A stretch of 64,000 nt of DNA from Ostreococcus lucimarinus. Lineage: Eukaryota. Below, in pieces: positions 1-9,966 of the stretch. The translations under genes and the position numbers were made by a program. Below the pieces are notes generated by a model. That model made no database searches, was not told the DNA's origin, and saw only the letters and a program-made list of their open reading frames with translations. Numbering within the stretch: the first letter of the stretch is position 1; every line of letters starts with the position of its first letter. The stretch lies in NCBI GenBank assembly GCA_000092065.1, contig CP000581.1. One strand, 5' to 3'.

Positions 1-83
1 ACGCGCTCGGGCGCGCGCCTTGCCGAGAGAACAATCAATCAAACGACGCGCTTTCGATCGAAGCCTCGCGTGGCATTACAACA

Positions 84-527
84 TCACGGAAACAACTTTT
101 GCGAGAGCTCGCTCAGCACCGCGTTCACCCCTAACAACACCCCAGCGCTTCCGAAAATACCCGCCATCACCAACGCCGTCGTGCTCAGCGCGCCGCCCGC
201 CGTCGGCCACTCAATCAACCCCACCTCCTCCGCCGCGCCGGCGAATATGTTCGCCCCGTCGTCCGCCTTCGCCTCTTTCGCCGCGCGAATCGCCGCACCG
301 ATGTCTTCGCTCGTCGCCGCGCCGTCGCTCTCCGCCGCCGCGCGTCCGTCGTCGTCGCCGTCGTCGTTCGTCGTCGTCGTCGGCTCGTCGTCGTCCGCGG
401 TCGCCGTCGCGACGCCCGCGCGCGCGCGACGCGCGACGCGCGTCGTCCGCGCGCGCGCCGTCGTCCGCGCGCGCGCCGTCACCGACGCGGTCGTCGGCGT
501 CGCCGCGCGGCTCGGTCGGGCGAGCAT
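84..527 (-). CDS. Candidate small protein (147 aa). The N-terminus is Ala/Thr/Arg-rich and looks like a transit peptide, followed by an acidic stretch and one C-terminal hydrophobic helix (possible tail-anchored organellar protein).
   Basis: ATG-initiated ORF with high third-position GC, typical of coding sequence here. The C-terminal segment ALSTTALVMAGIFGSAGVLLGVNAVL is hydrophobic. No family recognised. Competing ORFs on the opposite strand (20..703, 70..633) are low-complexity. Confidence 0.2.
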   Translation of the reverse strand: MLARPSRAATPTTASVTARARTTARARTTRVARRARAGVATATADDDEPTTTTNDDGDDDGRAAAESDGAATSEDIGAAIRAAKEAKADDGANIFAGAAEEVGLIEWPTAGGALSTTALVMAGIFGSAGVLLGVNAVLSELSQKLFP

Positions 528-709
528 CGCGATGTGCGGCGCCGAGCCGGCGCTCGTGTGGGTTTTCGCGCGCGCGCGGTGGCGGCGAGCGACGGCGCGC
601 GGCGGCGAATTCGATCCTCTTCCTAATCTATGACACTCTTAATCCTGCACTGCGTCGAGTCCACTGGCTCGCTGTAAGAATGATAGTGCCACGACAACGC
701 TAAACGCTT

Positions 710-3556
710 CTAGCCGCTCGCTCCGACGTGGTCGACTTTCAACTGAGATACGCCGGCGCTCAAATGCGCGAACCCAACGCGCAAGACGTTGCGAAGAGAC
801 GAGGATGTGGAATCCGCGCTCGCACCCGCACGCGTGCGAACGAAGACCTCGATGGCGATAGCTGCACACGTGAGAGCGAAAGTGGTGAACGCGAGGGCGT
901 ACAGGAGCGTCATCTGAGCGGCGCCGACGCGAACGCCGAAGAGGCACGGCCAGGCGTCGACGTTGCGACGCTCGACGATGCGCTCGAGCTCTTTCAAGGC
1001 TTCGATTGAGCGTTTGTTTTTGCTCAGGATATCGGCTTTGTCGTTATCCATGCCAGCGTTAAGGATGGTACTGTTGTCGAGGAACAACTTCCATCGCGCC
1101 TCTTGCAAGATGACGACGTCGTGCTCTTGGATATCTCGCGTCTTGGCGGCGGCGGAGGCCATGGTGATGATTGGAACCATCAGCACCGTGGCCACGAATA
1201 GAGGGTAAATCGGCGCAGATGGACTTACTTCGATCACGGATCGAATGTCGTAGAAGAGGTACAGCCGGATCACCTTGAGAAGGCTCACGACGACGGTGCC
1301 CGCGACCAAAACAATCATGTGCGTGAGGTAGTATTGGCACCAGTACTGTTCGAGCTCACGATGGTCCTCGACCACCATACGGATGCGAATCCAAGGCAAC
1401 CACGACTGGCAGAGATTAACGAACGGCAAATCAGACGCCAGGGCCAGCGAAGGGTCGGTGGTCGATTGGAAAAGCAACCAATGCAGCATGTCGTGATAGG
1501 CGCACGAGCATAGCCAGCGAGATATGTTGAACGTCACGAAAAGCGTCAATATGCTCCACACAAACGCGAGGATTACCCCATAGTGCGCGGACGCGCGTTG
1601 CATCAGGGAAACACCGGTGGTGATGACTCCCATCCACCCATCAATGGTCAGTGGTAAAGTCGCTGGACACGTGGTGAAACCCAAATACTCTGGCACAGTG
1701 GCGGCGGCGGTTGGTGCAACGCAAAGGACCGTCGTCTTAGCCTCGCCGAAGGCAGAATATCCAAGAGCGCCACGAATAAAGAATGGTAAGAGCGATATAA
1801 TCGTAGCCAGGATGAGCATAATGCCTTGCTGTAACCATGTACTTTTCTTCGTGCTCAGCCAATACGTCCGCCAGGACTCTGCGTTTGTGCGCTCATGAAG
1901 AGCTAGCAATACGTCCTTCTCCGTCACCGTTCGCAGTTGTAGCAACTTATTCGTCGCGACGATTTCTTCAATGTTATCTTTCAAGTGCATGTCCCCGCGA
2001 GCACCATTCTTACCCATCCCCGCATGAGCGTTCTTCGCGCGTCTCTGTACTTGGACTTCTTTCGAGTCGATATTTTCGGCGAAGTCTTCCATCTCCGCCA
2101 TCCATCGCGGCATTCCACCAGTTTTCCCATTTTTTCCACGCCCGCTATGTTTGTGCTCCGAGCTTGCATTCTCTTCGTGCATTGGCACCGTCTCTTGTCG
2201 AGCAGAAATACTTTTTGCGGACGATTCGATCGGCGCTCGCACGGCAACGCGAACGCCTCGCACGCGCAACGTGTCCACGGTCGGATGCTCCTGCACGAGT
2301 TTACTATCGCCGTCCGGCAGCTCTGTTTTACCACCCGGAAAGTAGAGCGTCACAGCAGACATTTTACTATAGCTTTGCACGTCTGTGGATGCCAGGGACA
2401 TAGCGACGAATGACGTCATCGTAAAGGCGATCGCCGCCGGCACGACACCATCCGCGGCGACGGCGTCTGTGGAGTTGGAAGTGAAATACCACACGATGGT
2501 TATCAGTCCGATGACCCAATACGGGGTGTAATATACAGCCAGTGCGACAAAACTCGCTGAAGCTTCGCGTGTGCGCCACGCGGACGTGGTAAACATGAAC
2601 CGGCTCATGTGAAGCGTCCGTCGCACTGAGCGCGAAAACAATCCAAAAATCGGCGCCGTCGCGGGCAGTGTCAACAACTGAAACAAGAACTTTAAATATT
2701 CTTTCGGTCCGTCGAGGAGCGCGGACGAGTCAGGTAGCCCCCCGAACCTCTCAGGGCCGAGCGGATCGGTATCAGCGATGGCGTACAGCGCGACCGATAT
2801 CCCTGAACACCCGGCAGCGAGCGACTTCTTCATGGCGGCGTCGGCGTACTCGCGCCACAACGTCTCCCACGTCCCGCGACGAACCAGTCTCAACAAATGA
2901 TCCACGGGAATCATTCGCTCGAGCGTCAAGCTTTCGTTCCCCAGGCCTTGCAAACATCTATTAAACAACGTCTGAAACGCCTCCTCGTCCAATCTCTCGA
3001 CGTCGATCCCTCGATGAATGAACCTTCGCATATTGTACTCGTCGATGAGCCGCGTGGCGTCTCTCGGAATCGCCTCTATAAGTCGAGTGTACTTCGTCTC
3101 CTCGTGTCTTCGCCGCCGCGTAAATATCTCATCGATCACCTTCATCGTCTCGTACGCCCTCCGTTTCTCTGAATCGCCCAGCGCGAGCTCGCGGGCCAAC
3201 GCCTCGACCCCGGCGTCGAGCTCGCCGCCGAACTCCACATCCGCCATGGCTTCCAATCGTTCTCTCGGCATCGCGCGTTCTTGGTACTCCAAGCAGCGCA
3301 CGCAGCGTGCTCGCAGCTCCTTCAACTTTTTCACGCTCTTGCGCTCGATCTTCGCGCGATCCCACGCGGGCACGCGGCGCGCGCGCGCGTCCGCGAACGT
3401 GCGCGCGCGGTCGAACAACCAGAAACGGTTACCGCGGGGCGCGGGGTCGTTTTCTTCGCCATCGAGCGCCGGAGCCTCGCGCGCGGCCTCGCGCGAGGAT
3501 GAAGGCACTGATTCGTCTTCGTCGCGTCGCGCGCGCGCTTGCCACGACGCGGACAT
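710..3556 (-). CDS. Large multi-pass membrane protein of unknown family (948 aa): a soluble N-terminal region of about 300 aa, then at least 10 predicted transmembrane helices and a long Lys/Gly-rich internal loop
   Basis: Uninterrupted 948-codon ORF starting at a genuine ATG (3554-3556 on the minus strand). Many hydrophobic helices (e.g. FVALAVYYTPYWVIGLITIVWYF, GIMLILATIISLLPFFI, GVILAFVWSILTLFVTFNI). GC of about 52% and coding-like codon usage. No diagnostic motif recognised. Confidence 0.5.
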   Translation of the reverse strand: MSASWQARARRDEDESVPSSSREAAREAPALDGEENDPAPRGNRFWLFDRARTFADARARRVPAWDRAKIERKSVKKLKELRARCVRCLEYQERAMPRERLEAMADVEFGGELDAGVEALARELALGDSEKRRAYETMKVIDEIFTRRRRHEETKYTRLIEAIPRDATRLIDEYNMRRFIHRGIDVERLDEEAFQTLFNRCLQGLGNESLTLERMIPVDHLLRLVRRGTWETLWREYADAAMKKSLAAGCSGISVALYAIADTDPLGPERFGGLPDSSALLDGPKEYLKFLFQLLTLPATAPIFGLFSRSVRRTLHMSRFMFTTSAWRTREASASFVALAVYYTPYWVIGLITIVWYFTSNSTDAVAADGVVPAAIAFTMTSFVAMSLASTDVQSYSKMSAVTLYFPGGKTELPDGDSKLVQEHPTVDTLRVRGVRVAVRAPIESSAKSISARQETVPMHEENASSEHKHSGRGKNGKTGGMPRWMAEMEDFAENIDSKEVQVQRRAKNAHAGMGKNGARGDMHLKDNIEEIVATNKLLQLRTVTEKDVLLALHERTNAESWRTYWLSTKKSTWLQQGIMLILATIISLLPFFIRGALGYSAFGEAKTTVLCVAPTAAATVPEYLGFTTCPATLPLTIDGWMGVITTGVSLMQRASAHYGVILAFVWSILTLFVTFNISRWLCSCAYHDMLHWLLFQSTTDPSLALASDLPFVNLCQSWLPWIRIRMVVEDHRELEQYWCQYYLTHMIVLVAGTVVVSLLKVIRLYLFYDIRSVIEVSPSAPIYPLFVATVLMVPIITMASAAAKTRDIQEHDVVILQEARWKLFLDNSTILNAGMDNDKADILSKNKRSIEALKELERIVERRNVDAWPCLFGVRVGAAQMTLLYALAFTTFALTCAAIAIEVFVRTRAGASADSTSSSLRNVLRVGFAHLSAGVSQLKVDHVGASG

Positions 3557-3709
3557 GGCGCGCTGAAGGGCGCGAGAGTGGCGAAGTGCGGTCGCGCTCG
3601 GGACGCGAGCGGGACGGAGACGCGTGGTCGAAGTGCGCGCGCGCGCGGTCGCGGCACGCGATGCCCGCGTGGGTGATTACAATGACGATAACGCGAGCGA
3701 GCGGCGCGA

Positions 3710-4420
3710 TTACGCGTCGATCCAAGATTTGACGAATTTGGCGAGCGGCGTGCTCGGTACGCCGTGCGAACCGTCGTGAAACCAAAATTCGCGCCGATTC
3801 GCGTCAAAGTGATCGGCCAACGCTCGCACGCGCTCGCGTGTCACCAAACTATCTTTATCACCGTGCACGTGCAATGATTTTACCGCCAACGGCGTCGTGG
3901 GAACAGGGAAATTCGGATCGCGCGGCTCGAAGCCGGCGACCAAGACGACGAACGACACGCTCGCCCGCAACGCCTCCACATCCGCTATAGCGGCGACCGC
4001 TGCGGTTGCGCCCTGACTAAAGCCGACGATACCATCGAAAGGCCCACATTCCGCGCACATTTTCCGTATGGAAGCCGCGCTGCCTTCCCATCCATCGTAC
4101 GCGGCGCTCAGCGCCGGTCGCGTCCAGCCCGCGTCCGTCGACTTCGTCGCCCCACTCGCCCTATTCTCCCCGCTCAAGAACCACGCCAGCGACGCCGACG
4201 CCTCATCCGTCGCCCCCATCGCTCGTAAATCGCTCGACGACGCCTCAAACGCGCCCGCGACGTCGTGCGTTCCGTCTAAATACACAAACTCACACTTCGA
4301 TTTCAGCGCCTTTCGAATCGCCCCCGTCTTCGCTCGAAACGTCGCCGCGTCCTGCGCGAATCCGTGCAAGCACAGCACGCGCTTCTTCCGCGCGTCGCGC
4401 TCGCTCGTCGCGCGATCCAT
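3710..4420 (-). CDS. FSH1/OVCA2-family serine hydrolase (alpha/beta hydrolase, DUF341-like)
   Basis: Motifs RVLCLHGFAQDAATF and the nucleophile elbow GIVGFSQGA, with a later His-containing segment, are typical of the FSH1 family. The first ATG of the homologous region (MDRATSERDARKKRVLCLHG) is at 4418-4420. The track ORF runs further upstream to 4711 through Arg-rich non-homologous sequence. Confidence 0.65.
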   Translation of the reverse strand: MDRATSERDARKKRVLCLHGFAQDAATFRAKTGAIRKALKSKCEFVYLDGTHDVAGAFEASSSDLRAMGATDEASASLAWFLSGENRASGATKSTDAGWTRPALSAAYDGWEGSAASIRKMCAECGPFDGIVGFSQGATAAVAAIADVEALRASVSFVVLVAGFEPRDPNFPVPTTPLAVKSLHVHGDKDSLVTRERVRALADHFDANRREFWFHDGSHGVPSTPLAKFVKSWIDA

Positions 4421-4492
4421 CGCGCGTCGCGTCGTCGAACGCCGCGCGTCACGATGTAAAGTAACGACCGCGGCGCCACAGCGGGACGCGCG

Positions 4493-6736
4493 ATGCGTCG
4501 CGCGTCCTCCGCCGTCGCCGTCGGGCGCGCGGGCGATCTCGCGTCGTTCGACATCCGCCTCGACGCGTCGGCGGCGCTCGAGACGCGCCATCGCGAGCTC
4601 AGCGGCGTCGGGACGTCGTCGTCGCGGCGATTTCGTCGCGACGGGGACATCGCGCGCGTCGACGCGCGCGCGCGCGACGAGGCGGACGACGGCGACGGGC
4701 ACCGCGCGCACGCGCTCGCGGTCGTCGCCGACGCGTCGGCGCGCGAAGGCGGTCGGGCTGGGACGTGGATGATGGCGGGCGGACGCGGGACGGCGACGGC
4801 GACGCGGGACGCGCCGCGGCCGGGACCGCCGCGACGAGGCGTCGGTTCGACGCTGCGCGCGACGGCGGAGGTGGAGCTCGGAGGGGTGTGCTTGGAGGTG
4901 GACGTGCGAGAGGGCTCGCGGGGGCAGGGACGGGAGCGCACGGCGGATGTGGCGGAGGCGTGCGCGCGGTGGCGGGACGGCGCGGCGCTGTGGCGGTTCG
5001 AGTCGAACGTCGTCGAGAGAGCGGAGACGAAGGCGAAGGCCAAGGCCAAGGCCAAGGCGGGGCGTGATAGGTTTGAGGTAGCTTTAGATGTGATTGAGAT
5101 CGCGCGTGTGGACGAGGGCGCGGGATACGGGGAATTGGCGGCGATTCGGATCCATCCGACGATGGTGGGCGAATGTGCGTTTGTGTCCACGCACGGAGAA
5201 GTCGCGACGATGACGGCAGATGGCGTAAAGCGCGTGCCGTGGCGACCGTTGGGGAGCGAGATGACTGCGGTTGGCGATTGGTACGGGCTCGGTTACGGGG
5301 CGCATCCGCGCACGTTGTTACACGGAAGTCACGTCGGAAGCACCGGGATATCGAGCGTGCACGAGGTGGATTTACGAAGTCGTCGGGGCGAGACGCGGCG
5401 CGCGCACGAAGCCGATCGCGGTGAGACGCTTTGCGCGATATCTACCGCGTTTGAGCACTATTACGCCGTCGCAACGCGTGGGTCGACGTCAGAATCATCG
5501 AACGTTGAGCTGCGCGACGTCAGACGCGCGAACGATCCCGTGCTTCGCTGGGACCATCAAGGACTTGTTCCGCCGACGACGTTGCGAATCGTCGACGTTG
5601 CGCAATGGTGTTCTAAATGTCGCTCGATCGTAATTCAAGCGTTTACGCCAGGCACCAGGGAAGTTTACCTGTACGAGTGCGAGCGTTTCGTGGGCGAGCG
5701 GCGAGGACATTCGGGCGAGCAAGTACGCGCGGTGACGTTCGGCTCCACCATTCCTCTGCCTTCATCGAGCGGTGTACACGGCTTTGCGATGACAAAACTC
5801 GGCGTAGATCGTGGAGGAATGTTTTGGCGCGACGAAGACGGCGTTTGGTGTCAGAATTACGCCATACATGGCGACGTCAACGCGATGCGCTTTCAGCCGC
5901 CGCAATTTAGCGAAGAAGACGCGGCCAGACGCGCGGGGGAGGCGGCAGACTTTTTGTCGCGAAACCCAGTTCCTCTATCACGTTGGCAGCAGAAGCGCGC
6001 GCCTGATGATGCGTTCATAGATCTACCTCATCTGCACGAGTTCATCGCCAACGGCGTCGTACCGGTATCCGATTTCCCTGTCGACGATTCGCTCGAGAGG
6101 GATCGGGATGGCGAACGCGAAACTGTTGCGAGGTTGCACGCCGCGTTTACCGACGGTTGGTGCATGAATGCGAGCGAACTTTTGGAGTGCGCGGAGTATC
6201 TACAAGGCGCATCCAGAGCGTCGGCGTCCATGCGCATCGATGAATGGCGCAATCGTTTCCGTACCCGTTCCGAACCTGCGCCGAACTATGCCGAATTCAT
6301 CGACATCGCTCTGTCCAAACCACTCACGACTGCAACGCCGTTGGACGACGAGCGGACGCGCGAGATTATCGAGCGAGACTTACCGAAGTGGAAGAAGATT
6401 TTCGCCGAAAACTCACTGCCGCAGCCTCTTGAGATGGCTCTCCGGGACTATCGACTCGCGAGGTATCGCGATGCCGACGAGATTCAGCACACGAAGTTTG
6501 CTCGGCGGCTCTTTCACGCGTCTCGGTGCTTGAACGAGACGCAAGACGAGGATTTCGACGGTGCGAGCGCCTCGACAGCGAAGAACGCATCGCAGGCCTC
6601 GACGACTCTCTCGCAAATCGGTGACGACGCGCCGTTTGCTGATAGATTACTGTCGCAATGGACCGACGACGCCGGGGGATCGCATCGCATGCAGTCGCCG
6701 TCGCGATTCATCGTTAGCAACACTCAGGAAATATAA
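4493..6736 (+). CDS. Hypothetical protein (747 aa). The N-terminal third is low-complexity and includes a KAKAKAKA run; the C-terminal two thirds is an unrecognised globular region.
   Basis: ATG at 4493, 72 bp from the divergent FSH1 start. Long ORF with coding-like codon usage. No family recognised by eye. Confidence 0.4.
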   Translation: MRRASSAVAVGRAGDLASFDIRLDASAALETRHRELSGVGTSSSRRFRRDGDIARVDARARDEADDGDGHRAHALAVVADASAREGGRAGTWMMAGGRGTATATRDAPRPGPPRRGVGSTLRATAEVELGGVCLEVDVREGSRGQGRERTADVAEACARWRDGAALWRFESNVVERAETKAKAKAKAKAGRDRFEVALDVIEIARVDEGAGYGELAAIRIHPTMVGECAFVSTHGEVATMTADGVKRVPWRPLGSEMTAVGDWYGLGYGAHPRTLLHGSHVGSTGISSVHEVDLRSRRGETRRAHEADRGETLCAISTAFEHYYAVATRGSTSESSNVELRDVRRANDPVLRWDHQGLVPPTTLRIVDVAQWCSKCRSIVIQAFTPGTREVYLYECERFVGERRGHSGEQVRAVTFGSTIPLPSSSGVHGFAMTKLGVDRGGMFWRDEDGVWCQNYAIHGDVNAMRFQPPQFSEEDAARRAGEAADFLSRNPVPLSRWQQKRAPDDAFIDLPHLHEFIANGVVPVSDFPVDDSLERDRDGERETVARLHAAFTDGWCMNASELLECAEYLQGASRASASMRIDEWRNRFRTRSEPAPNYAEFIDIALSKPLTTATPLDDERTREIIERDLPKWKKIFAENSLPQPLEMALRDYRLARYRDADEIQHTKFARRLFHASRCLNETQDEDFDGASASTAKNASQASTTLSQIGDDAPFADRLLSQWTDDAGGSHRMQSPSRFIVSNTQEI
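5036..5061. repeat. (AAGGCC)n hexamer microsatellite encoding a KAKAKAKA run inside the 4493..6736 ORF
   Basis: aaggcgaaggccaaggccaaggccaaggcgg seen directly. Confidence 0.7.
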
Positions 6737-6788
6737 TAGCAATACTCAATCGACTACTCTGTGAAAATAACTATAGCTGTGTACATGT

Positions 6789-7982
6789 TTAGTTGCGCAT
6801 GACGGCGTTGGAGGATCCGGCGATGCCCGTGTGATTCCTGGTTTGATCGAGCGTCGGACCGAACGTAACGGTGCTAGTCGTTCGACCGGCGGCCCATCCG
6901 TTGTTACGGTTAAATTGGAAGTCCTTCTTCTCCTTCTTTTCCAACGCTTTGCGCTCGCGCTGGAGCACGTACTCTTCGCGAAGCCATCCCTCGACGGTGG
7001 CGAGCAAAGAACCGGGCTCGCGGTCCTTTAAGCCTTCAATATCTTCAAACTTTTTGCAAAATTTCAACTCGCCATTGGCGACAAACGCCACGTGCGACAT
7101 GAAGGATTCGAGGCCATCGAAAATGTGCGTCGCGTACACGATGGTGACCTGACGCTCGATGCACTCGCTTCGCAAGAACGACATTAATTCTGCGCGACCG
7201 AGCACGTCTAAATCCACCGTGATCTCATCGAGCAACAAAACCTTATACGGCAACATCAATCCCCACGCGAGCTGCACGCGTCTTCGCTGTCCGTCGCTCA
7301 CCTTGTGCATTCGCCAGTTCACGTCCACGTCCAGCACTTCGATGATGCGCTGTTTCCGCGCTGGATCGACCCCTGGAATGGAATCCAACATCCGACTCGC
7401 CGGGAAATCCCCCGCGAGCGGAATATTATACCCCGCGAACGCCACGTCCCGCTGCCAGTTTCCGCCGATGAAACTCAAGTCCCCGCTCGACGTCAATCCC
7501 GTATCGTAAAACGCCTCCCGTCCCAGCACCAGCACCCTTTCCCGCGGCACCAAGTGTTTCCCAGCCAAAATCTTCAGCAGCGTCGTCTTTCCCGCCCCGT
7601 TCGCTCCCAACAACAGCGTGCACGTCCCCGGCGCCAGTCGCAGCCGCATGTCCCGAATCAACGGCGTCGTCCCCGCGAGCGGCGACCCGTCCAATCCCGG
7701 ATAACTGAACGTCAGCCCTCGAACCTCGATCCCGGGTCCATCGATCGAGACCACCTCCGCCGTTTTCACCGGCGCCCGCTCCGCGCGTTCGGTGGCGTCG
7801 CGACCGGGTTTTCGCAGCCACGGTTTCGGCGCGTCGGGGTCGGCGTCCGCCTTCGCCTTCGCGTTCGCCATGGATGCCCACCAATCCGCGCCGCTCGCGA
7901 TCGGGGCGTCGACGTGCGCGGACGCGGTGGCGTGCTCGGTGTTCGTTCGCGCGAAGCCGGTCTCGCTGACCGGGACGGGCAT
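6789..7982 (-). CDS. Single-NBD ABC ATPase, CAF16-like (CCR4-NOT-associated ABC protein; plant ABCI19-21 type)
   Basis: Walker A GANGAGKTT, ABC signature VSDGQRRRVQLA, Walker B LLLDEITVDLD and an H-loop ATHIF. No transmembrane domain. The ORF starts at ATG 7980-7982. Confidence 0.75.
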   Translation of the reverse strand: MPVPVSETGFARTNTEHATASAHVDAPIASGADWWASMANAKAKADADPDAPKPWLRKPGRDATERAERAPVKTAEVVSIDGPGIEVRGLTFSYPGLDGSPLAGTTPLIRDMRLRLAPGTCTLLLGANGAGKTTLLKILAGKHLVPRERVLVLGREAFYDTGLTSSGDLSFIGGNWQRDVAFAGYNIPLAGDFPASRMLDSIPGVDPARKQRIIEVLDVDVNWRMHKVSDGQRRRVQLAWGLMLPYKVLLLDEITVDLDVLGRAELMSFLRSECIERQVTIVYATHIFDGLESFMSHVAFVANGELKFCKKFEDIEGLKDREPGSLLATVEGWLREEYVLQRERKALEKKEKKDFQFNRNNGWAAGRTTSTVTFGPTLDQTRNHTGIAGSSNAVMRN

Positions 7983-8115
7983 CGCGCGCGCGGCAGCGTC
8001 GACGAGTGCGGCGCGGTGGAGGTCGGCGAAAAAGTGCGCGAAATGACGTCACGGCATCGCCCGGGCGGTGCAGGCGCGGGTACGGGTACAGGCGTCGGCG
8101 TTACAATTTTTACGA

Positions 8116-9501
8116 TTAGACGGACGCGAAGGCGTCGATGGCGACGCGGATGCGCAGGAGCTCGTCGTGTAAACCGTCGAAGACGTCGCGCATGGCGGCG
8201 TAACGCTCGCGACGGAGCGAGGCGAAACGAGGGAGAAGGGCGGCGGCGTCGTCGCCGCGGCGAAGCGCCTCGTACTCGTCCGCGTTGGCGGCGAGCCGGG
8301 CGTGGAGGGAGACGTAGGTGTCGTACTTGGTGTCGTACGTCGCCTTGAGGGCTTCGCATTCGTCGTGGGATTCGATGACGTCGACGGTCGGGGATGGTGT
8401 GAGGTGCCGCCAGTCGTCGTCGTCGTCGCCCGCGGCGCGAGGAGCGATTTCCCGCGTCTTCGCCGGGGGCCGACGCGCGAAGACGTGGGCGTGGGGGTCT
8501 AAATCTATGCTCGGCGATCGGTCACCTAAGTCCACGGTGATGCCGTTGCGAAGGACGCGAGGCGGTTCTTGAAGCGGTGGCGTCGGCACCGAGGTCCCGT
8601 TCGTCGCCTGCGTCGAAGTCGGCTGCGACGGCGCGCACGGCGGCGCCGCCGCCGCTTTTTCCTTCTTCGGCAGCTTGATATGTTTCGCCGCCGCCGTGAG
8701 CTGAGCGTGGGACTTTTGTGCGTCCCGTCTCTTTCCATCGACTAACTCGTACCGACCCGGAGGCCGCAGCTGCGCCACGTGCTTGATGGTCTCTCGCACC
8801 ACGCGCTGATTCGGCGGCGGTTTGCACGCCAACGCGAACCCTTTGGCCACGCAATCCCGGATCGCGTTCTCCGACAACGGACGCTCAAACAACAGCGACA
8901 TCACCGCCGCCTTAACTCGCGAGAATTCGCTTCCCGAACCGTCGAGCATCGCCGCCGCGACCACGCGCGACCACCGCTCCAAGTCTCTCCGCAACCCGTC
9001 GCTCGTCGCCGCGCTCGCGCCCTCCCTTCCCGCCACCTCATCCACCTCGACCACCTTCAGGTGTCGCTCTCGCTTCTCTCGCAGCTCCTCCTCCCCTCGC
9101 ATCTTCACCCTTCGCGCCGTTCCATCCTCCAGCGATCGCTTCGGTCGCAATTTTTCCCTCGCCGTCCCCACCGTCTCCAGCGCCCGTCCCTCGTTCGCGC
9201 TCTCGAATCGCACCTCCCCTCGCACCACCGTCGCCCGTCCCTCGTCCGCGATCGAGTGAAACACGTCCACGACGCCGTCCGCTTCGATCGTCCACGTTTT
9301 TTCGCCCCCTCCCGAGCGCGCGCCGCGCGTCGTCGCGTTCGCGCGCGTCAACGGCGATCCGCCGCCGCCGTCGTCGACGCGCGCGCGCACGCCGTCGGCG
9401 CTCGCGATCCATCGCGCGAGCTGCGCGCGCGTGCACCGCACGAGCGCGACGTACCGCTCGGCGCTCGGCGCGACGGGATCGAGCGCGAGCGCGCGCGACA
9501 T
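8116..9501 (-). CDS. ELL-like RNA polymerase II elongation factor (C-terminal occludin/ELL domain)
   Basis: The C-terminus YDTKYDTYVSLHARLAANADEYEALRR...LHDELLRIRVAIDAF lines up with the ELL occludin-homology domain (YxxxFxxEYxEYRDLHAR). A central region resembles the ELL winged-helix region. First ATG of the homologous part taken at 9499-9501; the track ORF extends to 9636. Confidence 0.5.
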   Translation of the reverse strand: MSRALALDPVAPSAERYVALVRCTRAQLARWIASADGVRARVDDGGGGSPLTRANATTRGARSGGGEKTWTIEADGVVDVFHSIADEGRATVVRGEVRFESANEGRALETVGTAREKLRPKRSLEDGTARRVKMRGEEELREKRERHLKVVEVDEVAGREGASAATSDGLRRDLERWSRVVAAAMLDGSGSEFSRVKAAVMSLLFERPLSENAIRDCVAKGFALACKPPPNQRVVRETIKHVAQLRPPGRYELVDGKRRDAQKSHAQLTAAAKHIKLPKKEKAAAAPPCAPSQPTSTQATNGTSVPTPPLQEPPRVLRNGITVDLGDRSPSIDLDPHAHVFARRPPAKTREIAPRAAGDDDDDWRHLTPSPTVDVIESHDECEALKATYDTKYDTYVSLHARLAANADEYEALRRGDDAAALLPRFASLRRERYAAMRDVFDGLHDELLRIRVAIDAFASV

Positions 9502-9778
9502 CGCGCGAAGTGTCGCGCGCGAACCGCCGCGACGCGATTGGCGCGCGGCGAAAAAGAACCCTCGGTTGGCGACGCCTCGAACGGTCGGTCGCCGCGTTGA
9601 CGATTCGTATCCCGCGCGCGCGCGACGGACGCACACGGCGTCGCGCGAGGCGGCGAGGCGACGACGGCGCGACGAGGGACGCGCGCGTCGTCGCGCGAGC
9701 GTCTCGGCGCGCGGGACGGCGAACGCAGGGACGCGCGACGGACGGCGCGACGACGCGCGACGACGCCGCGCGCGAGAG

Positions 9779-9790
9779 GATATATATAGC
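9779..9790. promoter_or_regulatory. TATA-like element (TATATATA) in the 465-bp divergent spacer between the ELL-like and channel genes
   Basis: ggatatatatagcgg lies about 180 bp upstream of the channel ATG at 9967. This is the only AT-rich octamer in an otherwise more than 75% GC spacer. Confidence 0.3.
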
Positions 9791-9966
9791 GGCGCGCGCG
9801 AACGACGACGACGAGGACGATGGTGGAACGAGCGGAGGCGCGAGCGGAGAGGGAGGGGCGACGCGGGCGTGGGAGGTTGCGGTTTCGCGCGGCGGCGGCG
9901 CGAGTGGCGCGGGAGCGGCGAGAGGCGCGGAAGGCGTTGAGGTCAGACGCGGGGCCGGGCGCGACG

